From: an uncultured archaeon
Lineage (GTDB): Archaea > Thermoproteota > Bathyarchaeia > Bathyarchaeales > Bathycorpusculaceae
DNA: 64,000 nucleotides
Direction: 5' to 3'
Assembly (NCBI GenBank): GCA_963782915.1
Contig: CAWALK010000023.1
Coordinates: forward strand, 1 to 64,000
The position numbers and the translations under genes are program-made. The number at the start of each line of letters is the position of its first letter. The first letter of the stretch is position 1. The notes beneath the pieces were generated by a model that saw only the letters and a list, made by a program, of their open reading frames with translations, searched no databases and was not told where the DNA came from. Below, piece by piece: positions 30,906 to 41,382 of this stretch.

Positions 30906-32033
30906 GGCTTTGGGACAAAAGTGGTTTGAGCTATTTTTCTTTGGTTGCCCCTTTTGAGTGATTGCGAGATAGTGAAGATATGCTTTTTGCAGTCTAGAGT
31001 CGCATGAGAGTTGATTGTGATAGGCTTATAACTAGCATCTGGTTTTATGCTTGAGCTATTAAGCTGACGGTTAAAAGCACCAAGGAGATGCTGCAGGTCC
31101 TTGACGAAACCAAAGAAGAGTTCTTCAAAGATAGAAAATGCGTCTACCCCTACACTGAGTGGGAGCATAAACGAGCCCAAATCAAAGAACGCCTCCACCG
31201 ACTCCCAGAATACGTACACCAAGCCGTAGAAGCCATAAACCGTGAAGAACAGAAAATGGGTCGCCCACCCAAACTTGATCTGGAAAAGAAAGTAAATCTC
31301 TTCATACTTGTGAGGTTTCTCAACAAATCTAACCGCCTTGCAGAGGAGTCATTGCAGTATTTTCAGCCCCTCTTTGGGGTTGATGTCAGCTACAAGTACA
31401 TCGAGCGCCTCTATGGCGACCCAGAAGTCAAGTTGGTACTTCATAACCTCTTTGTTTTGTTGCTCAAAGAGGAGGGCACAAGCGGCGATTATGTTGGGGA
31501 TGGAACAGGCTACTCTGTTAGCGTTGAAAATCATTATCGCACTAACCCTAACAAGTATGGGAAAAAGTTTGTCCATTTCTTCTCGCTGATTGATCTGGCG
31601 ACTGGGATGTATGTTGGTTGCGGGGTGTCGCGGTTGTCTGAGTGGGACGCTTTCACCAAAGCAGTCGACATGCTAAGAAGTATTGGCGCAGCCATCAGAT
31701 CCATTCGTTTAGACAAATACTTTAGCAGTCGAAAAGTCATTAAAATGTTTGATAGAACGGTTTCTTTGTTTCTGATTCTAAAAAAAGAACATCAATAGGA
31801 TCGGCGCTTGGGCAGATATTTTGACTAGAATGATGGCTTCTCCGGTTGATTTTCTATCAGAATATTTCCATCGAAACATTTCTGAGAGCGGTTTTTCAGC
31901 TGACAAAGGAAGATTTGGCAGCCTAGTTAGGCAGAGACGAGAAGACAGACAACAGACTGCACTTTTCTCAAACGCTCTCTTCCACAACGTCTATGCCATA
32001 AGAATTAACCCAAAATAGTTTTGTCCCAATGCC
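30906..32033 (+). mobile_element. insertion sequence (about 1.13 kb, archaeal DDE, ISNCY/IS5-like)
   Basis: TIRs GGCTTTGGGACAAAA (30906-30920) and TTTTGTCCCAATGCC (32019-32033), 14/15 match; 9-bp TSD GTGCCTCGC at 30897-30905 and 32034-32042. Confidence 0.93.
31088..32018 (+). CDS. DDE transposase (+1 indel in an A7 run near 31780)
   Basis: GRPPK, SYKYIERLY, GDGTGYS, LDKYFS, RNISESGFSADK. Confidence 0.85.
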
Positions 32034-32539
32034 GTGCCTCGCCTTAAATAAATAATTTAATTAGCAACAAATAAATCATAATTTAAGAAAACTAGCATCT
32101 ATTGAGGGTGATTCCGGTCCAGTCCATAATTTCCATTATCTTGGGCACCTTTTTTGTAGTTGGTTGTTGGCTGTAAATCAATTGCTGAAAGTGATTTTCG
32201 AATGTTCGACTCAGAACCGCTGTTAAAGATTAAAAAAGGGGTTTTTTACTGGGTTTGCTGAGGCTTCTGGAACTATTTCTTTAGGGAGAAAGAAAAAGGA
32301 AAACTGCAACATACGATGACTGCATAAATCGTAAGTGCTATCCGTAAGCCTACTCAGCCCCAGTTTACTTGCCATTGAAAAGAAAAAAGTAGGTAAAGAT
32401 TGGTTTTCATTTGTTTTTCACCTTATTGGTCGTTTTCTAAGGGTAAGCAGCATTAATACGGCGACTACTAACAAAAGATAGCGCACGTCTTCTTGCATGT
32501 CTGCCTTTTTGGGCATATCTCATTATTCTCCTTATTTGC

Positions 32540-33007
32540 TCAAGTTTGAAATTGAACCTCCTCCTTAATTTGCGAGGACCTCAATTCCTTTGCACCCATT
32601 TTAAATCTAATCTCTTCAATTAACTGTACATAATTTATTGATGAGGACTTGCGACGACTCTTTATTGCTGAAAAAATGGACGTTACAATATCCAAGACTT
32701 CAGCCCCATCCCCAAACTCCAAATCTTCTTTATTATCATCCTCTGATTGATTGTCTTCAATAGATGGATAATTCCAATTAATCCAAAATTCAGTATTATC
32801 ATTTCGCGCAAAAAAATTAAATTGAATTTCACCTTTCTTTGTAAAACTTTCTTTATATTCAAAAATTATGTATGAATTTGTAACTGATTTCTTAATTTTT
32901 AAGTTCCTTAATCCAGTGCCTTGTAAAACCTCGTGCACTCTAGAATAAGCTTGATCAATGGGACCAGAGGTTAAAAAAATCTTTTTAATACTTTCTCTTG
33001 AAGACAT
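32540..33007 (-). CDS. hypothetical protein (very AT-rich)
   Basis: 155-aa ORF with GGTGA upstream. Confidence 0.6.
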   Translation of the reverse strand: MSSRESIKKIFLTSGPIDQAYSRVHEVLQGTGLRNLKIKKSVTNSYIIFEYKESFTKKGEIQFNFFARNDNTEFWINWNYPSIEDNQSEDDNKEDLEFGDGAEVLDIVTSIFSAIKSRRKSSSINYVQLIEEIRFKMGAKELRSSQIKEEVQFQT

Positions 33008-33519
33008 TTTTATTCACCGGTAGATTCTTGGTTCAATACTTTCCTTGATATATGTAATAATTGCTCACTCGGAAGGAGTCTTACTTATATCCGAGCAAAT
33101 CACCCGAATGATTACGCTTTGCGTCTCCCTGCACCAAATCCGCTGTGTTCTCCAACATATGGAAAAATGGATTTAGCGTTCAAAAGGTGTGATCAGAATT
33201 TTTTTGAAGGGTGCTACTGAAAGAAAAGCCAAAGAACAAAACAGGCCTGGCTACCTCATTGATTTAGCGTATGATAGGCTTGTGTGTATCTCTCTTGGAT
33301 GTCGGATAAGGGTTTTATTAAGATAGCTCATAAAGGGTTTGTTCACTTATCAAAATAAAGGTGTAGAGGCATACACTGATCTGGTTCGCTGGATTCTAAA
33401 GTATGTTGGACATCTTGGGTTTTGAAGGCTTAGACCAAGAATATAAACCGGCAAAAAAATGTTTTTGTCAAAAAACTCCTTCTGAGTGAGTTCGCCTTTT
33501 ATTCAATGTTACGATTGGC

Positions 33520-35406
33520 ATGGAGGGCGTCATAAAGGTGCAATTAGTAAACAGGCGTGTGTTCATCCAAAATAGCTATAAACAATTGATCGTTTCCTTA
33601 CTTTTTTTGGTCGCCTTTTTGATTGTTTTAATTCTATTTTATCCACCAAATTTATGGGTCGATAATATAATTGGCTTTTTTAATTCCTTCACTAATACTG
33701 TAGCTCTATTGACAGCCATTGGTTATGTTGGTCTTTTTGTTATTGTCTTTGCTGAAACAGGGCTGTTTTTTGGGTTCTTTTTACCCGGTGACAGCTTGCT
33801 TTTAGCAGCAGGTATTCTAGCAAGCCAAAATCTCTTCAATATCTCTGGGATAATGGTAGTTGTAATTGTAGCAGCGGTAATCGGAGATAGCTTCGGTTAT
33901 GGGTTTGGGCGAAAGGTTGGTCCAATGTTTATTAAAAGAGAATCACGCTTTTTGAATACACAAACGGTTGAGTCTGTCAAAGCCTTCTATGAGAAGCATG
34001 GGCCAAAGGCTATTGTTTTCGCGCGTTTTGTACCACTTGCACGAACATTTGCACCCATTCTTGCAGGGGTAAGCAAAATGAGCGGTAAAAGATTTTTTTG
34101 TTATAATATAGTTGGCGGGTTACTGTGGGGTGTAACTTTGCCAATGCTTGGTTACACTGCGGGGAAGATTATTCCAGATATTCAACTCTACATTTACCCA
34201 ATTATCGGTTTAATTATTGTGGTTTCAATCCTTCCTTGGTTAATCAAAATTTCTAGAATGAAGAAGTCTTTTTCTTGGAGAACAGGATTCGCGCCTACTC
34301 GATTTAAGCCGGTAATTGGCTTTTCGAGGAAAATGGCTGATGCCGAGATCCAACGAGAGCAAAAACCGCCAAGTAAATCGACACGAATCCTAAAAATCAC
34401 AATTCAAATAGTGGTTATGGCTGTAATCTTTGGGGTGCTGTTATGGTTTGTAGGTATAGGTTCGCTCTATGACGCCTTGCTAAATATCAAGATAGAATAC
34501 TTGATTTTGGCGTTCTTTATGTATTTTGGAATTAACGTCTTCTTTACAGTACGGCTAAGACGTGTTCTAGCTAAAGACGGCATCAAAACTTCTTTCGGAA
34601 AAACACTCCTAGCCCAGTATGCAGGCATGTTAACCAGCGACGTTACTCCTGGACGCTCAGGATACATTCTAATGCCTGTTTATCTTCGAGACCAAAACGT
34701 GCCAACCTCAAAGGGGCTCTCAAGCATTTTAGGTATTCAAACAATTGAATTTCTATTCAAAGTAATTGGTGGATTGGGGGCAGTAATTTTCCTAGTTCAA
34801 ACGGTGCCCGCACAAACATGGAATACTTTATTCCCCCAAACAGTTGCTGGAATCAACATCGGCATACTAGTTGCAGGGTTAGGCATATCTTTGATGCTTG
34901 TAGGAGCTGTTGTGTTAGCAGCTTTTACATGGTCAAAAAGGGCTATTACCATATTTGATCGCCTTACAAATTTAAAATTCCTTAAGAGATTTACAGGGGG
35001 CTTAATGGATAAACTTGAAGAATACAAAGAAAGCTCTCATAGCACCCGCCGAGTAATCCCTGAAATAATTGGTTTAACAATGATATGCTGGATCCTCAAA
35101 GGTTTGGAATGGTACTTCTTAGGCTTAGCCTTGGGAATTGGGGATGTGCCATTGATCGCCTTTTTCCTTATACATCCATTGGTAACAGCATTAGCGTTTG
35201 TTCCCATCACTCCTGCTGGAGCAGGGGTTCAAGAATTCGGAATTATCGGAATCCTTGGTCTTCTAGGTGTTGCAGTAGGTCCAGCTGGCGTCTTTGCTTT
35301 ACTTGCTCGCGGCTTACTCATGATTGAAGACCTTGTAGGAATACCGCAGATCGTTAAATCAACAAGTATTATCTTTTCACGTAAAACCCTTGAATTATCT
35401 AAATGA
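33520..35406 (+). CDS. DedA/VTT domain fused to lysylphosphatidylglycerol-synthase TM (UPF0104 flippase-like) domain
   Basis: FAETGLFFGFFLPGDSLL, ARFVPLART; then DVTPGRSG, PITPAGAGVQE. Confidence 0.85.
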   Translation: MEGVIKVQLVNRRVFIQNSYKQLIVSLLFLVAFLIVLILFYPPNLWVDNIIGFFNSFTNTVALLTAIGYVGLFVIVFAETGLFFGFFLPGDSLLLAAGILASQNLFNISGIMVVVIVAAVIGDSFGYGFGRKVGPMFIKRESRFLNTQTVESVKAFYEKHGPKAIVFARFVPLARTFAPILAGVSKMSGKRFFCYNIVGGLLWGVTLPMLGYTAGKIIPDIQLYIYPIIGLIIVVSILPWLIKISRMKKSFSWRTGFAPTRFKPVIGFSRKMADAEIQREQKPPSKSTRILKITIQIVVMAVIFGVLLWFVGIGSLYDALLNIKIEYLILAFFMYFGINVFFTVRLRRVLAKDGIKTSFGKTLLAQYAGMLTSDVTPGRSGYILMPVYLRDQNVPTSKGLSSILGIQTIEFLFKVIGGLGAVIFLVQTVPAQTWNTLFPQTVAGINIGILVAGLGISLMLVGAVVLAAFTWSKRAITIFDRLTNLKFLKRFTGGLMDKLEEYKESSHSTRRVIPEIIGLTMICWILKGLEWYFLGLALGIGDVPLIAFFLIHPLVTALAFVPITPAGAGVQEFGIIGILGLLGVAVGPAGVFALLARGLLMIEDLVGIPQIVKSTSIIFSRKTLELSK

Positions 35407-35455
35407 AAGATTGACTGAAAATCGTTTTAGAAAAAACCATATGTCCATAAGTAAT

Positions 35456-35829
35456 TTACACTTTCTGTTTTTTATTCTGTTTGCCTCCTAGATTGATGGC
35501 TTTTTCTTCATGGCACAAGACCAAAGGCTTATGTAAAAGTAGACCTTCGACTGACTTCAGCAATTGATAGCCAAAGAGTATTGCTGCAAAGTAGGTAGAC
35601 CACAGAATGATTGGCCAATTGCTCGGCGTTTAATTCCACAAACCTGTCGAGACAGCAAAAAACTCCACAATGGCCAAAGACACCATTCCACCCAAAGCAA
35701 GAAAGACCTGTTCTTTTGCCTCATGTTTTGAATTCCATTTTCGCCGCACAATCAACAGAACTGCCAAGCACATAGAAAAGCAACAAAGAGAATGTACCAG
35801 TTGGCATTGAAATCCAATATTATGTTCAT
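35456..35829 (-). pseudogene. small membrane protein remnant (frameshift near 35765 and TAA at 35630-35632)
   Basis: MNIILDFNANWYILFVAFLCAW / LLIVRRKW...VEFFAVSTGLWN*TPSNWPIILW. Confidence 0.45.
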
Positions 35830-35886
35830 GCCTTACAAAAAAGGCCTACAATATTAAAATTTATCCTTAAAAAGTGCCGCGCTTAA

Positions 35887-36543
35887 ATGTTATTAATGCC
35901 TATGCTCATAGCTTGCCATAGGCGACGCAGGTTGGAAGAGAAAACACTTCACATTCAAGGTTACAAATGCCAAGCTCTTTATCATAAAGCGGCGGGGATG
36001 CCGATTGTTTTTCTGCATGGCTTATCGTATAGTGTCGGTGTGTGGGAACGCATCGGCGTCACAGATTTGCTTATTGAGAAGAAGGTGCCGTTTCTTGCAC
36101 TGGATATGCCGTATGGGTCAAAAAGTCAATGCCACCCCAAAACAAAAGACCCCCAAGCCAACGTAGCCTTCGCTGCAGAAGCCATACAAAACATACTCGG
36201 CTCCGAAGTGCCGGTATTGGTCGGTGCAAGCTTGGGCGGCTACATCGCACTCAACTATGCCGCGGCACATCCGGTTAAGGGGCTTTTTTTGGTCGCGCCT
36301 GCCTACGCATTCGACAACGACGAGTTGGTAAAAGCATATCCGGGGTTCAAATTTCCAGTCCGCATCGTATGGGGCACAAACGACAACGTTATCTCAGGCG
36401 AAGAAATGCGCACCCTAGCCGATAAGTTGCCCAACGCCAGAATGCTCGCCTACAATGGCGCAGCACATTCAGCGTATACTGATCAGCCTGAATGGTTCAA
36501 ACGCGACTTACTCTCACTCTACGCCACTGCCGAAACAACTTAG
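35887..36543 (+). CDS. alpha/beta hydrolase
   Basis: VFLHG, GASLGG, WGTND, AAHSAY. Confidence 0.88.
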   Translation: MLLMPMLIACHRRRRLEEKTLHIQGYKCQALYHKAAGMPIVFLHGLSYSVGVWERIGVTDLLIEKKVPFLALDMPYGSKSQCHPKTKDPQANVAFAAEAIQNILGSEVPVLVGASLGGYIALNYAAAHPVKGLFLVAPAYAFDNDELVKAYPGFKFPVRIVWGTNDNVISGEEMRTLADKLPNARMLAYNGAAHSAYTDQPEWFKRDLLSLYATAETT

Positions 36544-36558
36544 AGCGTATGTTTAGGT

Positions 36559-37104
36559 TTAGCCTGTGGCAACGTAGTGGTAGGGTCCCGCTTCTTGGAT
36601 GTCAGAGCAGAAGCCTGCTGTCTGTAGCATATCCCCAACTTGTTGTTCGCTGAACCTTATCTCAACTGGTGGGCCAAAGTCCATCTTTATTTTTTTCCAA
36701 TCTAAATCTATCACTTTGCCCCAGGGCTTGACCATCAAACGTGCATTCGCCAACACTTTGGCTGGGTCATCAAAATCATGGAGATCCATGCTGTAGAAGA
36801 CTATATCTGCGCATTCTTGGCAAAACACTGTGTCCTCTGCTCTGCCTACCGCTACTACGATGTTGGTTAGTTTTTCGGCGTCAGCTTTGCTTTGCAGCTT
36901 CGCCACATTCGACGCATCGATATCGACTGCGTAGACTCTGCCGTTTGCCCCAACCTTTTTAGCGGCCAAAAGACTAAAGAAGCCATCTCCGCAGCCCACA
37001 TCCACAAACGTCATCCCCTCCTCCAAACTTGCAAGTACTGCTTCGGGGTTGTACCAGCTGCGCCGTGTTGCTTCATCTAAACTAAATCCGCCATGGCAAC
37101 CCAT
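36559..37104 (-). CDS. class I SAM-dependent methyltransferase
   Basis: VDVGCGDG, YAVDID, LHDF, GPP. Confidence 0.88.
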   Translation of the reverse strand: MGCHGGFSLDEATRRSWYNPEAVLASLEEGMTFVDVGCGDGFFSLLAAKKVGANGRVYAVDIDASNVAKLQSKADAEKLTNIVVAVGRAEDTVFCQECADIVFYSMDLHDFDDPAKVLANARLMVKPWGKVIDLDWKKIKMDFGPPVEIRFSEQQVGDMLQTAGFCSDIQEAGPYHYVATG

Positions 37105-37105
37105 A

Positions 37106-37420
37106 CTACATACCCAAATCTGTTGGTGATCCGAAGAGTTCACGAATTTGTTTTTCGTGGGTTTGGCGTGTGGTGAGCGGGTAGATTTCGCGTTCGCATT
37201 CGAAAAACATGGGGTCTTGCCCGATGACTCGGCTGAGTTTCTCGTCGGATTCAGCGTTAACGATTAACATGCTGCCTTGTTGACCGATTAGGTGATAGTA
37301 GAGGTCGAGGGTTTTGTCTTTCTCGAGGTTTTCGAAATATTTGAATTGCAGCGGAAGCAGTTTTGCCCAGCGCTCCAAGGGAATGTCACGTTTAACTTTT
37401 TGTATGATTAAAAACTTCAT
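37106..37420 (-). CDS. muconolactone isomerase-like dimeric alpha/beta barrel protein
   Basis: MKFLI..., IVNAESDEKL...DP....EIYPL pattern. Confidence 0.6.
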   Translation of the reverse strand: MKFLIIQKVKRDIPLERWAKLLPLQFKYFENLEKDKTLDLYYHLIGQQGSMLIVNAESDEKLSRVIGQDPMFFECEREIYPLTTRQTHEKQIRELFGSPTDLGM

Positions 37421-37623
37421 AGAAATCCACTAGAGATTACTCTGTTTTGGGTTTAAAGCCTTTCTTTTAAAATGAAAACCGCTGGCTTGGTATTTCATTT
37501 ATTAAGTTTTAAGACGCTTTTTATACGATATATTATTTTTCGCATAATATAGTGCGATTTAGGAATAAAGCTTTATAAAAAAGGTGCAGTTGTTTGGTCA
37601 AACATTAGTTCGGAGATAGCAAG

Positions 37624-37854
37624 GTGCCTAAATCAATTAAAAAAGTCGGCGAAGCCAGGTTACCCGTGATTAAGTGTTCATGCGGCTCAGAGATTCTTCT
37701 GGTTCCCAACGTAAAGTTGATGAATGAAGCCATAGAAGCACATATCAATGAGCACACAAAAAAATTGAAGACGCCAAAAGAGGCGGAAGCTGAAGCGGAA
37801 CGTGTCCGCGATGACTTAATTATACAGGTCCTCGAAAAAGCAAGCGAAATGTAG
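37624..37854 (+). CDS. small putative Zn-binding protein (CxC...HxxxH)
   Basis: IKCSCGSEILLVP...AIEAHINEH. Confidence 0.65.
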   Translation: MPKSIKKVGEARLPVIKCSCGSEILLVPNVKLMNEAIEAHINEHTKKLKTPKEAEAEAERVRDDLIIQVLEKASEM

Positions 37855-37859
37855 CCTGT

Positions 37860-38018
37860 TTATTCTTGCTTGCTCTCTGAACCGCCTCGCCTCATCATTT
37901 CAGGAAGCTTAGTTGAAGCCTTAGACATCGCATCCTTAACAACAGCCATCAATTCCTCATTCACTTCAACTTCAACGGTTAGTTTCATTTTGCCTTTTTT
38001 CTCATTCATCTCAGTCAT
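37860..38018 (-). CDS. 52-aa hypothetical protein (not in ORF track)
   Basis: GGAGGTGG RBS; ATG overlaps the end of the upstream ORF; MTEMNEKKGKMKLTVEVEVNEELM... Confidence 0.6.
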   Translation of the reverse strand: MTEMNEKKGKMKLTVEVEVNEELMAVVKDAMSKASTKLPEMMRRGGSESKQE

Positions 38019-38313
38019 GGAACCACCTCCCAAAACGGCTTAATTGTTTGGGGAAAATGTTACCTAAAAGATGATAGGCCTGCATGTCTGTGAGGTCCAA
38101 ATCGATTTCTATGCGGTAATGGTATTTTCCGAGGCGTTTAGTGTGGGTTTTGTAGTTGCTGATTATGCCGCCGTCTCTGTAGCGGTGTAACTGCTGATGC
38201 ATCAACACCGATATGGCTGTGGGCGCTAAGGGTTCAAAAGCAAAAGCAACCCTGAGTAGTACGCGAACTGCGCTTTCCATTAGTGATTCAGAAACCGATT
38301 CTCCCTGTGTCAT
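38011..38313 (-). CDS. hypothetical protein
   Basis: 100-aa ORF coupled to the downstream small ORF. Confidence 0.6.
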   Translation of the reverse strand: MTQGESVSESLMESAVRVLLRVAFAFEPLAPTAISVLMHQQLHRYRDGGIISNYKTHTKRLGKYHYRIEIDLDLTDMQAYHLLGNIFPKQLSRFGRWFHD

Positions 38314-38394
38314 AATATTTCCTTAAAAAATCGACTTGCCCAAATTTGGCAGACAAGAACTTGATTAAAAAGTACTGCGCGAGTTTTTTTAAGC

Positions 38395-38955
38395 TTGTGT
38401 GACTGTCAATACCCAACAACAAAGCTGATGCTTATGGCGATGGAAGAAATCAATATGCAAGTTTACGGCTGTAAAAAATGTCGACTCTGGCAGGGTGCAA
38501 AACATGGCGTACCTGGCGAGGGATCGCTAAATGCTAAGGTCATGTTTGTTGGTCAGAATCCAGGTGCCGACGAAGACAAAGTAGGCAGACCGTTTGTGGG
38601 AAGAGCAGGCAAATACCTCACCAAAACCCTCGCAGAATTCGGCATCAAACGCGAAGACGTCTACATAACCAACATCGTCAAGCACACTTCGCCGCAGAAC
38701 CGCAAACCTTACCCCGACGAAGTCGAGGCTTGTCTGCCATATTTGATAACGCAAATCAACATTATCAAGCCAAAAATCATTGTGCTACTTGGTGCATCTG
38801 CAAAGGGGGTTCCACGATTGGAGGGTATTGAATATTTTGAAGTTATTCATCCATCTGCGGCTATGCGGTTCACGAAGATGCGGGAAAAGTTTAGGCTACA
38901 AATCGCAGATTTAGCAAAGAAAACCTCAACTATGCAATCGAAAGCTGATAAGTAA
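38395..38955 (+). CDS. uracil-DNA glycosylase family 4 (start probably somewhat downstream)
   Basis: CKKCRL, GQNPGADED, RPFVGRAG, ITNIVK, HPSA. Confidence 0.9.
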   Translation: MCDCQYPTTKLMLMAMEEINMQVYGCKKCRLWQGAKHGVPGEGSLNAKVMFVGQNPGADEDKVGRPFVGRAGKYLTKTLAEFGIKREDVYITNIVKHTSPQNRKPYPDEVEACLPYLITQINIIKPKIIVLLGASAKGVPRLEGIEYFEVIHPSAAMRFTKMREKFRLQIADLAKKTSTMQSKADK

Positions 38956-38967
38956 AAAGAAATGAAT

Positions 38968-39591
38968 TTACTTCATGGGCTGCCTTAGGACGGTTTTTAG
39001 TTTTTCCGGCGCAGTTTTCTGTGGGTTGCTTATGTAGATTTCATGGTGTTTCCCGCTTAACTCGTGACCTGCAGCTTTAATTGCGTCATGCATTTTTTGG
39101 ATGTTCGGAGCTTCGGTTGAGTAGGGTCCGAGATGCATGATTTGAGCAGATTTACCCTCGTGTAGGTTTTCAAACCGGATTTTGTCAAGTGCTGCGGGAT
39201 TCTTTTTCTTGCGTACCTCTACTATTGCGGCTTCTACGTCGGCGGCGGTGACATATTTGGGCTGCATAATCATGCTTGTCCATTTCCACTCGTTTCGCCG
39301 CTGAGCCACATAAGCCTCCAAATCATCTGCCCACCAGAGCCCTTCAATAGGCAAAACACCATAATCGATGCCTCTGCCCTTCTTTATCATAAACTTGAGC
39401 GTGTAAGAAACACCAAAAAGGGCTTCAAAGGTTGCTTTGTAATCCTCCGAGGTGCTGGGGTCGCCTTGTCCATCTATCATGAGGTAATTCATGTCTGGAA
39501 CATCTACAATTGAAACTTCTTTGGCTGAGGGGTTGTAGAGTTGTTTTAGCTCCTTTTTTAAATCGATTTTTTCCATAAACGGGACCTTCAA
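38968..39591 (-). CDS. GyrI-like small-molecule-binding domain protein
   Basis: DGQGDP, IEGLWW, MHLGPY, HHEIYISNP. Confidence 0.85.
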   Translation of the reverse strand: MKVPFMEKIDLKKELKQLYNPSAKEVSIVDVPDMNYLMIDGQGDPSTSEDYKATFEALFGVSYTLKFMIKKGRGIDYGVLPIEGLWWADDLEAYVAQRRNEWKWTSMIMQPKYVTAADVEAAIVEVRKKKNPAALDKIRFENLHEGKSAQIMHLGPYSTEAPNIQKMHDAIKAAGHELSGKHHEIYISNPQKTAPEKLKTVLRQPMK

Positions 39592-39703
39592 GTTGTTTTG
39601 GGGCGGTTTAGTTATTTAAAAGTAGATAACTGCAACAACGCAAAATAGGCAAACAATTCTAATCTATAAATAAGCAGCTATACACCTTTTTGAATTGGCG
39701 TGA

Positions 39704-40003
39704 TTGATGTCAAACGGCGAAATCGATGAATACGAAAAAGACGATCAGATGCGCATATCATATGGTCAGTATCACGTTGCTGTAAACCATCCTACTAGAA
39801 AAGCAATCCTTGAAGCCCTCCGTGAGCGAAGCTTAACAATCGAAGAGATCGCAGCAAAAACCGAGCTAACTAAAGAAGCGCTGAGTTGGCACATTACAAT
39901 TTTAGAAAGCGGAATGTTTGCATGCATAGAGAAAGAAAACCGGCTAGATTGCGTCGCCTATAGGCTTACAAAAGCTGGCAAAGTAATCAATTATCTAGAA
40001 TAG
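39704..40003 (+). CDS. ArsR-like winged-helix regulator
   Basis: NHPTRKAILEAL, LSWHITIL, YRLTKAG. Confidence 0.8.
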   Translation: MMSNGEIDEYEKDDQMRISYGQYHVAVNHPTRKAILEALRERSLTIEEIAAKTELTKEALSWHITILESGMFACIEKENRLDCVAYRLTKAGKVINYLE

Positions 40004-40020
40004 ACCGAGGACTTGGCGTC

Positions 40021-40905
40021 TTATTGCTTGTTATTTTTCTTTTTAATTAAAAAGCCTATGCCTGCAATTAGCAGGGACACCATCCATAGTTCCGTTAGGA
40101 ACACGAAATTTTGATAGCCAATGTTTACAGCTGCGACGGCGAGGTAAACAAAGAAGTATATGCTGGCAACTATCAAGGCAATGCCTATTCCTCTGAAGCT
40201 GAAGCCGGCGTTTTTGCCTCTGATGAATGGCAAAAAGACGGCTAACAAAATCAGTGCGGAAACCAGCAGCGTCACGGCTGAATTGACGAATCCCACTGTT
40301 AAGATTGGGCTGCTGAAGTCTATTGGGAGCGCATAGAGGTTGAAGAAGAAGTGTTTTATCCACATGGCAAACATGAACGATACTGCCGCAACCGCTGCCA
40401 CCTTCAATATGGGTGTTAAGCTGTTTTGAGGTTTCTTTAGGCGAAGATAGAGCATCAGTAACGTGGGCGTTATAAGCACTATTTGCATACCGAACGAAAA
40501 GATTGTCAACTCCGCCGCTATTCCGGAGAAGAAAACCCACTGGGTTATGAATGGTATCAGGAACAAGTACTGTACTGTCTCAAGCAACACACCTCTTCTC
40601 AGGAAAACCAACGCCGGCTTTTTCCTCAACAAAGCAACCGCGAAGGCTACAAAGAATATCGCACCCGCAAAACGCAGTATCAAACCTACTTCGCCGCTTA
40701 CCTCCGAAAAGAACCACATGTACCCGTGCGCTGAGATCCCGTTTTGTCCGGCGTTGACGGTTATGTTCTGGTAGATTTGGTACAGCGCTAAGAAGGATTT
40801 TTGGAGTAGGTATGTTTCGTAGATTAACAGTGCGACTGCTGCGACTAAGAGGTAGGGTGCTTTGCTCTGTATTGTTTGCCTAAGCGTTGCGTGTTCTGTG
40901 TTCAT
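40021..40905 (-). CDS. multi-pass membrane protein
   Basis: About 8 hydrophobic segments. Confidence 0.75.
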   Translation of the reverse strand: MNTEHATLRQTIQSKAPYLLVAAVALLIYETYLLQKSFLALYQIYQNITVNAGQNGISAHGYMWFFSEVSGEVGLILRFAGAIFFVAFAVALLRKKPALVFLRRGVLLETVQYLFLIPFITQWVFFSGIAAELTIFSFGMQIVLITPTLLMLYLRLKKPQNSLTPILKVAAVAAVSFMFAMWIKHFFFNLYALPIDFSSPILTVGFVNSAVTLLVSALILLAVFLPFIRGKNAGFSFRGIGIALIVASIYFFVYLAVAAVNIGYQNFVFLTELWMVSLLIAGIGFLIKKKNNKQ

Positions 40906-41382
40906 GTTTAGCTATTAACCAATCGTTTTGTTGCAATAAATAATTAACGCCCCTTAGGTGGGGCGGAGATTTTGCGTTGAGTAGGTAGTCTCCATTTTCT
41001 ATGCGCAAATCAAAAAATTGTTCTGAAATGGGCTACTCAACCAACCAGCAACCCGCCTCACAGCCCGCTGATTGTTGTTGTGCATAGGCAGTTTTCGGCA
41101 ACAACAACTGTAGAAATCGCTAAACCTGCATTCGTGGAGACTATAAATAGAGGGGGGTAGGGCCCTCAAAGCAAAAGACCTCTGTTTGCCTTAGCCCAAT
41201 CTGCTTGCAGAAACCGCCACAACCAGCCCAGCAACCCCCCACAGACGCAGACATCAAAACACAGCTGCCGCCAAGCCCAAAGGTAGATGTTGAAATAAGA
41301 GGGCCCACGGCAACAACCAATAAAGAAAAAACAATCACCTGAAAATCCAAGAGATTATCAGTTGCATTCTGCGAAAGCCAAT

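Noticed and set aside
31780-31787. AAAAAAAG in the transposase as a programmed -1 frameshift site
   Set aside because: The downstream ORF is in the +1 frame, not -1, so one extra A explains it
32200-32530. Possible small membrane ORF fragments next to the IS
   Set aside because: Short, in inconsistent frames and of no recognisable family; cannot be supported
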